Shown piece after piece: positions 38,627 to 48,079 of a stretch of DNA of 64,000 bases. The stretch covers positions 8,259-72,258 of the forward strand of contig DASWVJ010000054.1 of the NCBI GenBank assembly GCA_036406295.1, given 5' to 3'. Below the pieces are notes generated by a model. The model saw nothing but the letters and a program-made list of their open reading frames with translations, searched no databases and was not told where the DNA came from. The stretch is from Bradyrhizobium sp. GTDB lineage: Bacteria; Pseudomonadota; Alphaproteobacteria; Rhizobiales; Xanthobacteraceae. A program made the translations under genes and the position numbers. The first letter of the stretch is position 1. Every line of letters begins with the position of its first letter.

Positions 38627-39664
38627 ATGCTGCTCACCCGCGAAACCTTGCCCGAGACGATTTCGGATATCGCCGCGCTCGATGAGCTGCTGTGCCGTCC
38701 CAGTCAGGCGTTGATCGATGACCTCGGCAAGGTCGACGGCGACATCATGGTCCTTGGCGTCGCCGGCAAGATGGGACCGACGCTCGCCGGGCTCGCCAAG
38801 GCCGCCCTTCCCGGCCGGCGCGTGATCGGCGTGGCGCGCTTCAGCGAGCCCGGCACGAAGCATTGGCTGCAGGCCCGCGGCATCGAGACCATCAATTGCG
38901 ATCTGCTCGACGAAGCGGCGATCGGTGCACTGCCGAAAGCCCCCAACATCGTGTTCATGGCCGGCCGCAAGTTCGGCGCCGAAGGCGACCTTGCGCTGAC
39001 CTGGGCCATGAATTCGCATGTCCCGGCGCTGGTTGCCCAGGCCTTCAAGGGATCGCGAATCGTCGCGTTCTCGACTGGCTGCGTCTATCCGTTCGTGCCC
39101 GTGGACAGCGGAGGCTCCCGCGAGGAGATGCAGCCTGACCCGCCCGGCGAATACGCGCAGTCCTGCGTCGGACGCGAACGCATGTTCGAATACTTCTCGA
39201 AGAAGTTCGCAACGCCCGGCCGGCTGTTCCGGCTCAACTACGCCATCGATATGCGCTACGGCGTGCTGTACGACATCGCAAGCAAGGTACTGCAGGGCAA
39301 GCCCATCGACATCAGCCTCGGCCATGTCAATTTCATCTGGCAGGGCGATGCGTCCTCGCAGGCGCTGCGCTGCCTTGCTTATTGCGACACACCGACCTCG
39401 CCGATCAATGTCAGCGGTCACGAGATCCTGGCGGTGCGCGACCTTGCCGCCAAGTTCGGCAAGCATTTCGGAAAGGACCCCATTCTCGTCGGCAAGGAAG
39501 AGCCGACGGCGTGGCTGACCGATACGTCGCTGGCAATCAAACTGTTCGGCCTTCCGGTCGTCGACACCGAGCAATTGATCAAGTGGACCGCTGACTGGGT
39601 GCAGCGAGACATGCCGAGCCTCGGCAAGCCCACCAAATACGAGGTCCGCGATGGCCGCTACTGA
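38627..39664 (+). CDS. NAD-dependent epimerase/dehydratase (atypical extended SDR)
   Basis: VLGVAGKMG, FMAGRKFG, FSTGCVY, GEYAQSCVGRE, RLNYAID. Confidence 0.88.
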   Translation: MLLTRETLPETISDIAALDELLCRPSQALIDDLGKVDGDIMVLGVAGKMGPTLAGLAKAALPGRRVIGVARFSEPGTKHWLQARGIETINCDLLDEAAIGALPKAPNIVFMAGRKFGAEGDLALTWAMNSHVPALVAQAFKGSRIVAFSTGCVYPFVPVDSGGSREEMQPDPPGEYAQSCVGRERMFEYFSKKFATPGRLFRLNYAIDMRYGVLYDIASKVLQGKPIDISLGHVNFIWQGDASSQALRCLAYCDTPTSPINVSGHEILAVRDLAAKFGKHFGKDPILVGKEEPTAWLTDTSLAIKLFGLPVVDTEQLIKWTADWVQRDMPSLGKPTKYEVRDGRY

Positions 39665-40475
39665 AATCGCCATCGCCCGCCTGGGCCCGGAAGATGCGCC
39701 CGCAGGGCTCGTGCTGTCGACCGAAGCACGCTGGAACCAGAACGAGGACGACTGGCGGTTCTTCCTGTCGAAGGGCATCGTCTTCGGCGTTCGGGACGAC
39801 GGCGGCCGGCTGGTCGCGACCGCGGCACTGCTGCCCTATTCGGCGGGCAATGCCTGGATCAGCATGGTGCTGGTCACCGAAAGCTGGCGCCGCCGGGGCA
39901 TTGCGACCAGGCTGGTCGATGCGTGCCTCGTCACAGCGAAGCAGATGAACCTGACAAGCTGGCTCGACGCGACGCCGGCGGGCGCGACCGTCTACGGTCC
40001 GCTCGGCTTTGCGCCGACACTGGAATTGCGCCGGCTCCGGCTGGAGAATTCCGGATCATCGACCGCCGCGCCACCGCTTCAGGCCTGCGATCCGGCGGCG
40101 CTTGCTGCGCGCGACCTCCACGCCATGGGATTTTCGCGTGACGCGCTGCTCGCGGAATTTGCCGGCCGTCAGGACTCACGCATGGTGAGACATGGAAATG
40201 CCCTGGCGCTCATCCGCGGCGGCCGCACCGCGCGGCATATTGGTCCGCTGTTTGCGAACGGTCCGGATGAGGCGCTGGCCCTTGTCCATGACATCGTTCG
40301 ATCGGAGCACGGTCCATTGCTTCTTGACGCCGTGCACAGCCACCCAAGCTTTCTCGATGGCTTGACGGGCGCCGGCTGGAACGTCGAGCGGCCATTTCAG
40401 CGCATGCGCTTCGGCAGCGCCGGCGCGCAGAGCGCGGAATTGCCGTTTGCCGTCGCCGGCCCCGAATTCGGATAG
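39651..40475 (+). CDS. GNAT family N-acetyltransferase (tandem GNAT-like)
   Basis: WISMVLV..WRRRGIATRL, LDATPAG..VY..LGF, C-terminal HIGPL domain. Confidence 0.88.
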   Translation: MAATEIAIARLGPEDAPAGLVLSTEARWNQNEDDWRFFLSKGIVFGVRDDGGRLVATAALLPYSAGNAWISMVLVTESWRRRGIATRLVDACLVTAKQMNLTSWLDATPAGATVYGPLGFAPTLELRRLRLENSGSSTAAPPLQACDPAALAARDLHAMGFSRDALLAEFAGRQDSRMVRHGNALALIRGGRTARHIGPLFANGPDEALALVHDIVRSEHGPLLLDAVHSHPSFLDGLTGAGWNVERPFQRMRFGSAGAQSAELPFAVAGPEFG

Positions 40476-40486
40476 GAACAGCATTC

Positions 40487-41542
40487 ATGCACCACAGCCA
40501 GATCAAGTCCGAGATACGGAAGCTGGTCGCCGAGGGCACGGTGATCCCCGCGCACCCGCTGGCGCTCGACGCCAATCGCGCGCTGGATGTCCGGCATCAG
40601 CGTGCGCTGACGCGCTATTACGTCGACGCCGGTGCCGGTGGGCTCGCGGTCGGTGTGCATACCACCCAGTTCGCAATCCGCGACGTCGGCATGTATCGCC
40701 CGGTACTCGAGCTTGCCGCCGAGACCGCCGCCAATTGGACCAGGCGGCCGTTGGCGATGGTCGCCGGGCTCGCCGGCCCCACGGAGCAGGCCATCAGCGA
40801 GGCGAAGATTGCGCGCGGCATCGGCTATCACGCGGGCCTGCTCAGTCTCGCCGCGATGAAGTCGGCCTCCGAAGACGAGATCATCGCCCATTGCCGTGCA
40901 GTGGCCGCCGAATTCCCGCTGGTCGGCTTTTATCTGCAGCCGGCCGTCGGCGGCGTCATCCTCAGTGCCAACTTCTGGCGGCGTTTTGCCGAGATCGACA
41001 ATGTCGTCGCCATCAAGATCGCACCGTTCAACCGTTACCGCACGCTCGACGTGTTGCGCGGGGTGGCGGCTGCCGGCGCGCTCGATCGCATCACGCTCTA
41101 CACCGGCAATGACGATCATATCCTGCTCGATCTGACACTGCCCTTCGATCTCAGGGACCATGGCGTGACGACGCGCACGCATATCCGCGGCGGACTGCTC
41201 GGCCACTGGTCGGTGTGGACCGCAACCGCGATCAAGCAATTCGAGATGTGCAAGGCCGCGCACAACAAGGATGCCGTGCCGGCCGAACTGCTGGCGCTCG
41301 ATGCCCGCGTCACCGATTGCAACAGCGCCTTCTTCGACGTCGCCAACAGTTTTCACGGCTGTATCGCCGGCTGTCACGAAATTTTGCGGCGGCAGGGCCT
41401 GATGCAGGGCATCTGGTGCCTCGATGCGGCCGAAGGCCTGAGCCTGGGCCAGATGCAGGAGATCGACCGGGTCTGCCGCGATCATGCTGATCTCAGCGAT
41501 GATGCTTTTGTCGCCGCTCACTTGCAGAAATGGCTGGCATGA
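40487..41542 (+). CDS. Dihydrodipicolinate synthase/N-acetylneuraminate lyase family aldolase-like protein
   Basis: VIPAHPLALD, GLAVGVHTTQF, GFYLQ, VAIKIAPFN (Schiff-base Lys), YTGNDD. Confidence 0.87.
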   Translation: MHHSQIKSEIRKLVAEGTVIPAHPLALDANRALDVRHQRALTRYYVDAGAGGLAVGVHTTQFAIRDVGMYRPVLELAAETAANWTRRPLAMVAGLAGPTEQAISEAKIARGIGYHAGLLSLAAMKSASEDEIIAHCRAVAAEFPLVGFYLQPAVGGVILSANFWRRFAEIDNVVAIKIAPFNRYRTLDVLRGVAAAGALDRITLYTGNDDHILLDLTLPFDLRDHGVTTRTHIRGGLLGHWSVWTATAIKQFEMCKAAHNKDAVPAELLALDARVTDCNSAFFDVANSFHGCIAGCHEILRRQGLMQGIWCLDAAEGLSLGQMQEIDRVCRDHADLSDDAFVAAHLQKWLA

Positions 41543-42318
41543 CGGCGCCGGAACCCTTCATCAGCCTGCGCAACGTCCGCAAGGTCTATCGCTCGGCCGG
41601 CCAGGAGTTCCTCGCCGTCTCCGACGTCACCATGGACGTGCAGGAAGGTGAGCTGGTTTCCCTCGTCGGCCCGTCCGGCTGCGGCAAGACCACCGTGTTG
41701 AAAATCCTCGCCGGGCTGCATGGCGCCGACGGCGGCACGGTGAAAATAGGAAACGCAACCACGCCGTTCGATCCCGCGCGCGACATCGGCATGGTGTTCC
41801 AGCAGGCGCTGCTCCTGAAATGGCGCACTGTTCTCGACAACGTGCTGCTGCCGGCCGAGATCGTCGGCCTGCCGATGGGGCCGGCGCGCACACGCGCCCG
41901 TGAGCTGTTGCAACTCGTCGGCCTTGCCGGCTATGAGGACAAGTACCCGCAACAGCTATCGGGCGGCATGCAGCAGCGCACCGCGATTGCACGCGCCTTT
42001 GTCCATGATCCCAGGCTGATCCTGATGGACGAACCGTTCGGCGCGCTCGATGCTCTCACCCGCGAGCAGATGAACCTGGAAATGCTGCGGATCTGGCGCG
42101 AGAGCGGCAAGACCATCATCTTCGTCACGCACAGCATCCAGGAGGCAGTGTTCTTGGCCTCGCACTGCGCGGTGCTCACGGCGGGACCGGCGCGCATGGC
42201 CGAGTATTTTCCGATAGAGCTGCCGTTTCCCCGCGCGCTGCCGATCAAGACCACGGACGAATTTGGCGCCTATGCGCGCCGCATTTATGGAAGCCTCGGC
42301 CTCGGCGCAGGCGCGTGA
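41539..42318 (+). CDS. ABC transporter ATP-binding protein (SsuB/TauB-like)
   Basis: GPSGCGKT, YPQQLSGGMQQR, LMDEPFGALDALTRE; ATGA overlap. Confidence 0.93.
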   Translation: MTAPEPFISLRNVRKVYRSAGQEFLAVSDVTMDVQEGELVSLVGPSGCGKTTVLKILAGLHGADGGTVKIGNATTPFDPARDIGMVFQQALLLKWRTVLDNVLLPAEIVGLPMGPARTRARELLQLVGLAGYEDKYPQQLSGGMQQRTAIARAFVHDPRLILMDEPFGALDALTREQMNLEMLRIWRESGKTIIFVTHSIQEAVFLASHCAVLTAGPARMAEYFPIELPFPRALPIKTTDEFGAYARRIYGSLGLGAGA

Positions 42319-42321
42319 GCC

Positions 42322-43320
42322 TCACTTCGCAACCTTGCTGGCGTCCATCTTAATGGCAGGATCGAGCAGCTTGGCGGTGAAAGCGCTCTCTACAGCGAAC
42401 GGCTTTTCAATGCCGAGATAGGTCTGAACCAGCTCGTAGTCGCTCTTCATGCGGCCTGCGTCGATCCAGCCCAGCCCCTTGGTCGGAGTGAACTCGTCGG
42501 TCATCAAATATTTGATGCGGCCCCACTGCAGGATTTGCTCCTCACGGTCGAGGCCCGTGACCTGATCGAGCAGCGCCTTCAGGCACGGATCGAAGTCGGC
42601 GACGCAGGCCGCATAGGCCTTCTGGGTAATCCGGACAAAATCCTCGACGAGCTTCGGATTCTTCTCGAGAAAGGCCCCGTTGACGATCAATGAATTGCCG
42701 TAGGGGTTGAGGCCGATGTCCTTCCAGTTCAGGGCGCCGAGATCGCTGCCGAATTCCTTGAGCTTCACGTCGTGCGAATTGTAGAAGTCGCTGATGATCT
42801 CGACCGTGCGCGCCTTCAGCGCGGCTGATTTCGCAGTCGGCCCGACATTGACGAACGATACTGAGTCCTGCGGCAGACCTGCCGCCTTGGCGAAGGCCGG
42901 CCACATCACGCGTGAGGCATCACCCGGCGGATTGCCGATCTTGCGGCCGGCAAAATCCTTCGGCCCGCTGACGCCATAGCTTTTCAGCCAGTAAAAAGTC
43001 TGCCCGGTGTTGGCATAGATGCTCATGACCGCAACCGTGTCCGCGCCCTTCCCGCGCGCCACCAGCATGGTCGCGAGGTCGGAAATGCCGAACGGCGCGG
43101 CGCCGGAGCCGACCTTGAGCGAGGAGATGCCGGAGCCCTTGCCAACTTCGATTGCCAGATCGATGCCTGCCTTTTCGTACCAGCCCTGCGCCTTGGCGTA
43201 ATAGAAGGCTGAATGGTCGGCGGCCGGGGTCCAGTTCAGGACGAGGTTGACGCTCTGGCCGGCGCTCGCAGGCACAGCAGTCACGGCAGCAAGCACGATA
43301 GCAATCGCTATTCTTCTCAA
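42322..43320 (-). CDS. ABC transporter substrate-binding protein, NMT1/THI5-like (copy 2, paralogue of 36005..37009)
   Basis: Long identical stretches with copy 1 (e.g. MSIYANTGQTFYWLKSYGV, KIGNPPGDASRVMWPAFAKAAG, IKMDASKVAK); likely TTG start 43320 after GGGAG. Confidence 0.9.
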   Translation of the reverse strand: MRRIAIAIVLAAVTAVPASAGQSVNLVLNWTPAADHSAFYYAKAQGWYEKAGIDLAIEVGKGSGISSLKVGSGAAPFGISDLATMLVARGKGADTVAVMSIYANTGQTFYWLKSYGVSGPKDFAGRKIGNPPGDASRVMWPAFAKAAGLPQDSVSFVNVGPTAKSAALKARTVEIISDFYNSHDVKLKEFGSDLGALNWKDIGLNPYGNSLIVNGAFLEKNPKLVEDFVRITQKAYAACVADFDPCLKALLDQVTGLDREEQILQWGRIKYLMTDEFTPTKGLGWIDAGRMKSDYELVQTYLGIEKPFAVESAFTAKLLDPAIKMDASKVAK

Positions 43321-43424
43321 CGTCAGACTCCCTGGTTCGCATGGACTTTCCACGAGCGCGCGATCGACTGCAACCGCCCTCAGGTTGCCACCGGCATGGT
43401 TCGTCGCGCGAGGCCTGATGGCCG

Positions 43425-44528
43425 CTACTCAAAGGACGACGGACCGGTATCGCGATAAGCCCAGCAGCAATCCCGCGGCAGCGAGACCTGCGTCTCGATC
43501 CCTACCTGGTGGCGCGCGGCGGTGCCGAGTTCGAGCACTTCCAGCTTGCGGCCGAACAGATCGATTTCGTAGGCGGTCTGCGTGCCCTGATAGCGGCGGT
43601 CCATCACGCGCGCCGGAAAGACGTTGTCGCCGCCTTGCCCTCCGATGGCGATGTTCTCCGGCCGCAGCGCGATGCGCACCTTGTCGTTGACATCAAGCGC
43701 ATGCAGCAGCGCGACCTCGCCGCGTTGCCCGTCGCCGAAATCGACAGTACCGAACTTGCCGTTGCGCGCCACGAGCGTGCCGGCCAGCTCGTTGGTCGCG
43801 CCGGTGAAATTGGCGACGAAGAGATCGGCGGGACGATTGTAGATCTCGTCGGGCGTTCCCATCTGCAATAGCTTGCCGTCCCGCATCACGCCGATGCGGT
43901 CGCCGAGCACCACGGCTTCGGCCTGGTCGTGGGTGACGTAAAGCGCCGTCATGCCGGTCTGCTTGAGGATGGCGCGCAGATCGTCGCGCAGCCGCAGGCG
44001 CAGCTTTGCGTCGAGATTGGACAAGGGCTCGTCGAGCAGGAGGAGCTGCGGCCGATAGACGATGCTGCGCGCCAGCGCGACGCGTTGCATCTGTCCGCCC
44101 GACAGCGCCACCACCGGGCGGTCGGTATATTCGGAGAGGCCGACCAGCTTGAGCACCTCCTCGACCTTTCGATTGGCCTCCTCGCGCGTGAGCTTGCGGT
44201 GCTTGAGCGGATAGATCACGTTCTGCCGCACCGTCATATGCGGCCACACCGCATATGACTGGAACACCATGCCGAGGTCGCGCAGCCGCGGTGGCACGAG
44301 AATGCCGCGCGCCGGCGACGACACGGCCTTGCCGCCGATCGAAATCTCGCCGCCGGTCGGATGCTCGAGCCCGGCGACGCAGCGTAGTGTCGTGGTCTTG
44401 CCGCAGCCGGAAGGGCCGAGCAGCACTACGATCTCGCCCGCCGGCACGGAAAAGCTGACGCCGTCGACCGCGGGCCGGCCGACGGCAAACTGCTTGTGCA
44501 GGTCTTTGACTTCGAGCGTGGCGGTCAT
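43425..44528 (-). CDS. ABC transporter ATP-binding protein (FbpC/PotA-like, TOBE domain)
   Basis: GPSGCGKTT, FQSYAVWPHMTV, LSGGQMQR, LDEPLSNLDAKLR, VTHDQAEA. Confidence 0.93.
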   Translation of the reverse strand: MTATLEVKDLHKQFAVGRPAVDGVSFSVPAGEIVVLLGPSGCGKTTTLRCVAGLEHPTGGEISIGGKAVSSPARGILVPPRLRDLGMVFQSYAVWPHMTVRQNVIYPLKHRKLTREEANRKVEEVLKLVGLSEYTDRPVVALSGGQMQRVALARSIVYRPQLLLLDEPLSNLDAKLRLRLRDDLRAILKQTGMTALYVTHDQAEAVVLGDRIGVMRDGKLLQMGTPDEIYNRPADLFVANFTGATNELAGTLVARNGKFGTVDFGDGQRGEVALLHALDVNDKVRIALRPENIAIGGQGGDNVFPARVMDRRYQGTQTAYEIDLFGRKLEVLELGTAARHQVGIETQVSLPRDCCWAYRDTGPSSFE

Positions 44529-44552
44529 GATGGCTTGCGTTTCACGCAGCAC

Positions 44553-45578
44553 TCATTGCCGATACCCGAAAGTCTTGTCCCAGTCCGCGACCCAGGCCTT
44601 GTGCAGCTTCACATACTCGTCGAACTTGGGGTACCAGACTTTAACCACCTTCGGATCGAATCCTTCGGGATAGACCGGCGGCTCCTTCAGCGAGGTGAGG
44701 TTACCAAGCTCCTTGATCATGAAGGTCTGGCCTTCCTTGGACAGACACCAGTTGAGGAACAGCTTTGCGGCATTCGGATGTGCAGCGGTCTTCGGGATGC
44801 CGGTAGCATAGGGATTGACGGGCGCGCCCTCAGGCGGGAAGAAGATCTTGATCGGCGCCCCGTCCTTCTGCTTCGGATAGATCGCGTTGTAGAGCAGCGG
44901 TCCCATCGCGATCTCGCCGCGCACCAGCGAGTCCGACATTGGCGCACCGGACGGATAAAGGACAGGATGGGTCGCAGCCTGTTTCGCCCAATAATCCTCG
45001 CCCAGCACCTGCCGCTCGAACATGACGCGGGTCCATGTGGTTCCGCCGGACTGCGCGAAGACCTGCCCGATCATTTTGTCATATTGCGGTTTTGTCAGGT
45101 CCCACCAGGTCTTTGGCGGGTCCTTCACCAGTTCCGTGTTGTAGGCGATCGACCATACCAGCGTGGCACGCGGCCAGAGTTTTGGTGATATCTGAGCTTC
45201 CGGATTGTAGTCGGCCGCATTCGGCGGCGCGTAGTCCTGGAACAGGTCGACCAGTTCGGACATCAGCGCGCGGTCGGAATGATCGACGACATCGGCGATC
45301 AGCTTGCCGGCGGCGGCCTCGGTCTTGACACGGGTAATGAGCTGGCCGCCGGGCGCACGCACCATCTCTATCTTGATCTCGGGAAAGCGCTTGTTGAAGG
45401 CCTTGATGACCTGCTGTTCGACCTCGGCGAAGTTGGCCGTGTAGTAGACGAGCTTGCCTTCCGCCTTGGCGGCCGCGATCAGTTCAGGCGAGCCGAAATC
45501 CTGCGCTATTGCAGGTGTGGCGGTCAGGGCGATGGCTCCGGCTACGCCGGCAAGCCAGGCGACGAGTTTTTCCTTCAT
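44553..45578 (-). CDS. Extracellular solute-binding protein (FbpA/AfuA-like)
   Basis: Signal peptide; AAAKAEGKLVYY, YNTELV..PPKTWWDL, AHPNAAKLFLNWCLSKEGQ. Confidence 0.88.
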   Translation of the reverse strand: MKEKLVAWLAGVAGAIALTATPAIAQDFGSPELIAAAKAEGKLVYYTANFAEVEQQVIKAFNKRFPEIKIEMVRAPGGQLITRVKTEAAAGKLIADVVDHSDRALMSELVDLFQDYAPPNAADYNPEAQISPKLWPRATLVWSIAYNTELVKDPPKTWWDLTKPQYDKMIGQVFAQSGGTTWTRVMFERQVLGEDYWAKQAATHPVLYPSGAPMSDSLVRGEIAMGPLLYNAIYPKQKDGAPIKIFFPPEGAPVNPYATGIPKTAAHPNAAKLFLNWCLSKEGQTFMIKELGNLTSLKEPPVYPEGFDPKVVKVWYPKFDEYVKLHKAWVADWDKTFGYRQ

Positions 45579-45596
45579 GGCCTCTCCTCCCTCTTG

Positions 45597-47366
45597 TTAT
45601 CCGGTACGCGCGACGCTGCCCTGGGCTGCGCCACGCGACAGCCAGTTAGCGCCCCCGATCAGCACGCCGAGCAAAACGGTCTGCACCAGGCTGAAGGCGG
45701 CGGTCTTGCCGAGATTGCCGCCCTCGTAATAGTCGAGCAGCAGCACCGACATCACCATGGTGTTGCTGGTGTAAAGGAACAGCGACGAGCCGAGCTCGCG
45801 GATCGCCAGCACGAACAACAGTGTCATCGCGGCGAGCACGCCGGGACGGGCGAGCGGCAGTACGATGGTCCTGACGGTGCCGAGCACGCCCTTGCCGCAC
45901 ACCCAGGCCGCCTCCTCCAGCTCGCGATGGATCTGCAGGAACGAAGTCGAGAGTGCCTTCACCGTGTCCGGCATGAAGCGGGCGATGAATGCGAGTGCCA
46001 GGATCCAGATGGTGCCGTAGAGACCGCCGGGTACGCCGATCCAGGCCCAGAGGTACGCGACGCCGATCACGAGGCCGGGAATCGCGACCGGCAAGGTCGA
46101 CACCAGGTCGATGCTGCGCCGTCCGGCAACGCTGGTGCGGTGAATAGTGTAGCCAATCGCAAAGGCGAGCGCGCCGCCGGCAATGGCGGTGATGACGCCG
46201 ACTTCGATCGAGTTGTAGATCGAGCGCATCGTCAGCGGGTTGTCAAAAATGCTCTCGAAATGCATCAGCGAGTATTGCCTGATGTCGAACAGGCTCGCGA
46301 CATCGCGGATGAACATGAATTTGCGGAACGCGGCGACGATCAGCGCCAGCATCGGCAGCACGACGACAGCGAGCAGATAGACCAGCGAGAGGCCGAAGGT
46401 GAACCAGCGCCAGCGGCCAAGATCGAGGCTGCGCGGCCGATAGGCCTTGCCGGCGACCGTGGTGTAGCTGCGGCCGCTCAGCGCCCTCTGCTGCAGGTAC
46501 ACCAGCGCACCGGTGACGACCATCAGGATCACCGCCACGGCGGCTGCCGTGTTGTAGAGCGGCGGCGACCAGTTGGTGAGCTTGAAGATGTACGTCGTCA
46601 GCACGTTCAGATTGATGGGCGCGCCAAGCACGGCAGGAATGCCGTAGATACCGAGCATCACGACGAAGGAGAGCAGCATGCCCGAGATGATCGCGGGCAT
46701 GATCAACGGGAAAGTCACCGAGAACAGTGTCGAGAAGGCGCTGGCGCCGGAAATTTCAGCCGCCTCCTCCAGGCTCGGGTCCATGTTGCGCAGCGCCGAG
46801 GAGGTGAACATGTACACATAAGGTGCGTAGTAGATGCCGAAAACGAAGATCAGGCCCCACAGCGAATAGAAATCAACGCGCCAGTCGAGCCCCATCCATT
46901 TGAACACCGTGTTGATCAGTCCGGTTTTCGGCGAGCCTAGAATGGACCAGGCAACGCCCGCCACTAGCGGCGGCGCGAAAAGCGGCAAAATGCTGGCGGC
47001 GGAGATGAATCCCTTGAAGGGCGTATTGCTGCGCACGACGATCCAGGAGAACGCGAGCCCGATCACGACGGCAATCAGCGTGCCGCCGCCACAGGCAAGC
47101 AACGTGTTGAGCAGCGCTTCCGCGACATTCGGGTTGCCGAGTACGATGAGGAAATTGCCGACCGACAGGTGCGACAGTTGAATGCCCTCAACGACCGGAT
47201 TGACGTCGGTCAGCGCGCCAACGAGCAGCAGCAGTAGCGGATAGATGACGAGAAAGGCGAGGATCGCCAGCAACAGCGCGACCCAGGCGCCTGCCCATAT
47301 ACGCTGACGAATGCCTTCGCTGGCGCCACGCGAGACCTCGCTGTGCCGGTCCGCCTGTCCGTTCAA
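45597..47366 (-). CDS. ABC transporter permease with two fused TM domains (FbpB/AfuB-like)
   Basis: Two EAA motifs (DPSLEEAAEISGAS, HRELEEAAWVCG); TTG start after GAGGGG. Confidence 0.9.
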   Translation of the reverse strand: MNGQADRHSEVSRGASEGIRQRIWAGAWVALLLAILAFLVIYPLLLLLVGALTDVNPVVEGIQLSHLSVGNFLIVLGNPNVAEALLNTLLACGGGTLIAVVIGLAFSWIVVRSNTPFKGFISAASILPLFAPPLVAGVAWSILGSPKTGLINTVFKWMGLDWRVDFYSLWGLIFVFGIYYAPYVYMFTSSALRNMDPSLEEAAEISGASAFSTLFSVTFPLIMPAIISGMLLSFVVMLGIYGIPAVLGAPINLNVLTTYIFKLTNWSPPLYNTAAAVAVILMVVTGALVYLQQRALSGRSYTTVAGKAYRPRSLDLGRWRWFTFGLSLVYLLAVVVLPMLALIVAAFRKFMFIRDVASLFDIRQYSLMHFESIFDNPLTMRSIYNSIEVGVITAIAGGALAFAIGYTIHRTSVAGRRSIDLVSTLPVAIPGLVIGVAYLWAWIGVPGGLYGTIWILALAFIARFMPDTVKALSTSFLQIHRELEEAAWVCGKGVLGTVRTIVLPLARPGVLAAMTLLFVLAIRELGSSLFLYTSNTMVMSVLLLDYYEGGNLGKTAAFSLVQTVLLGVLIGGANWLSRGAAQGSVARTG

Positions 47367-47535
47367 TGCGTTTCCCCTCGGCCGCGCCCGATTTTTTGAT
47401 TGTAATGTTCACGCGGCGCGGGACAGCCTAGTGGATCGATAGGAGGTCGGGAAGTAGCCGATAGTCGCGGCGAGCGGGCAGAGGCCGATAACACCGTGCG
47501 ATCAATTATGTTCCGCACCGCAAACGCATTTTCTC

Positions 47536-47549
47536 TTGATTTGTATCGA
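47536..47549 (+). promoter_or_regulatory. Possible FNR/FixK-type box upstream of the ior-sox operon
   Basis: TTGAT-TTGT-ATCGA, one mismatch to TTGAT-N4-ATCAA, about 65 bp upstream of ATG 47615. Confidence 0.4.
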
Positions 47550-47614
47550 CACACGCTCTGGTTCTAACGTCCCGCGCCGCTCAATCGATGGATTGGGCCA
47601 ATAGGGGACATGCG

Positions 47615-48067
47615 ATGGCAAACCTCAACATCAACGGCAAAGCCGTGAGCGTCGACGTCGAAGACGATACGCCGCTTCTTTGGGCGATCCGCGAGAACCT
47701 CGGATTGACGGGAACCAAATACGGATGCGGCATTGCACAATGCGGTGCCTGCACGGTCCATGTCGACGGCGTGGCGATGCGGTCCTGCGGTGTGACGGTC
47801 AGCGAAGCCGCCGGCAAGAAGATCGTCACCATCGAGGGTCTCGCCGGTCCCGACGGTACCCTGCACAAGGTGCAGCAGGCCTGGATCGCTAATGACGTGC
47901 CGCAATGCGGCTATTGCCAGACCGGCATGATCATGGCCGTGGCAGCGCTGCTCAACGACAAACCAAAACCGACCGACCAGGACATCAACGAGGCCATCAC
48001 CAATATCTGCCGCTGCGGCACCTTCCAGCAGGTGCGCGAGGCGATCCACGCGGCTGCGAGCGCCTGA
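47615..48067 (+). CDS. (2Fe-2S)-binding small subunit, IorA/CoxS-like
   Basis: [32 protein letters not shown]. Confidence 0.94.
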   Translation: MANLNINGKAVSVDVEDDTPLLWAIRENLGLTGTKYGCGIAQCGACTVHVDGVAMRSCGVTVSEAAGKKIVTIEGLAGPDGTLHKVQQAWIANDVPQCGYCQTGMIMAVAALLNDKPKPTDQDINEAITNICRCGTFQQVREAIHAAASA

Positions 48068-48079
48068 GGAGACTTGCCC

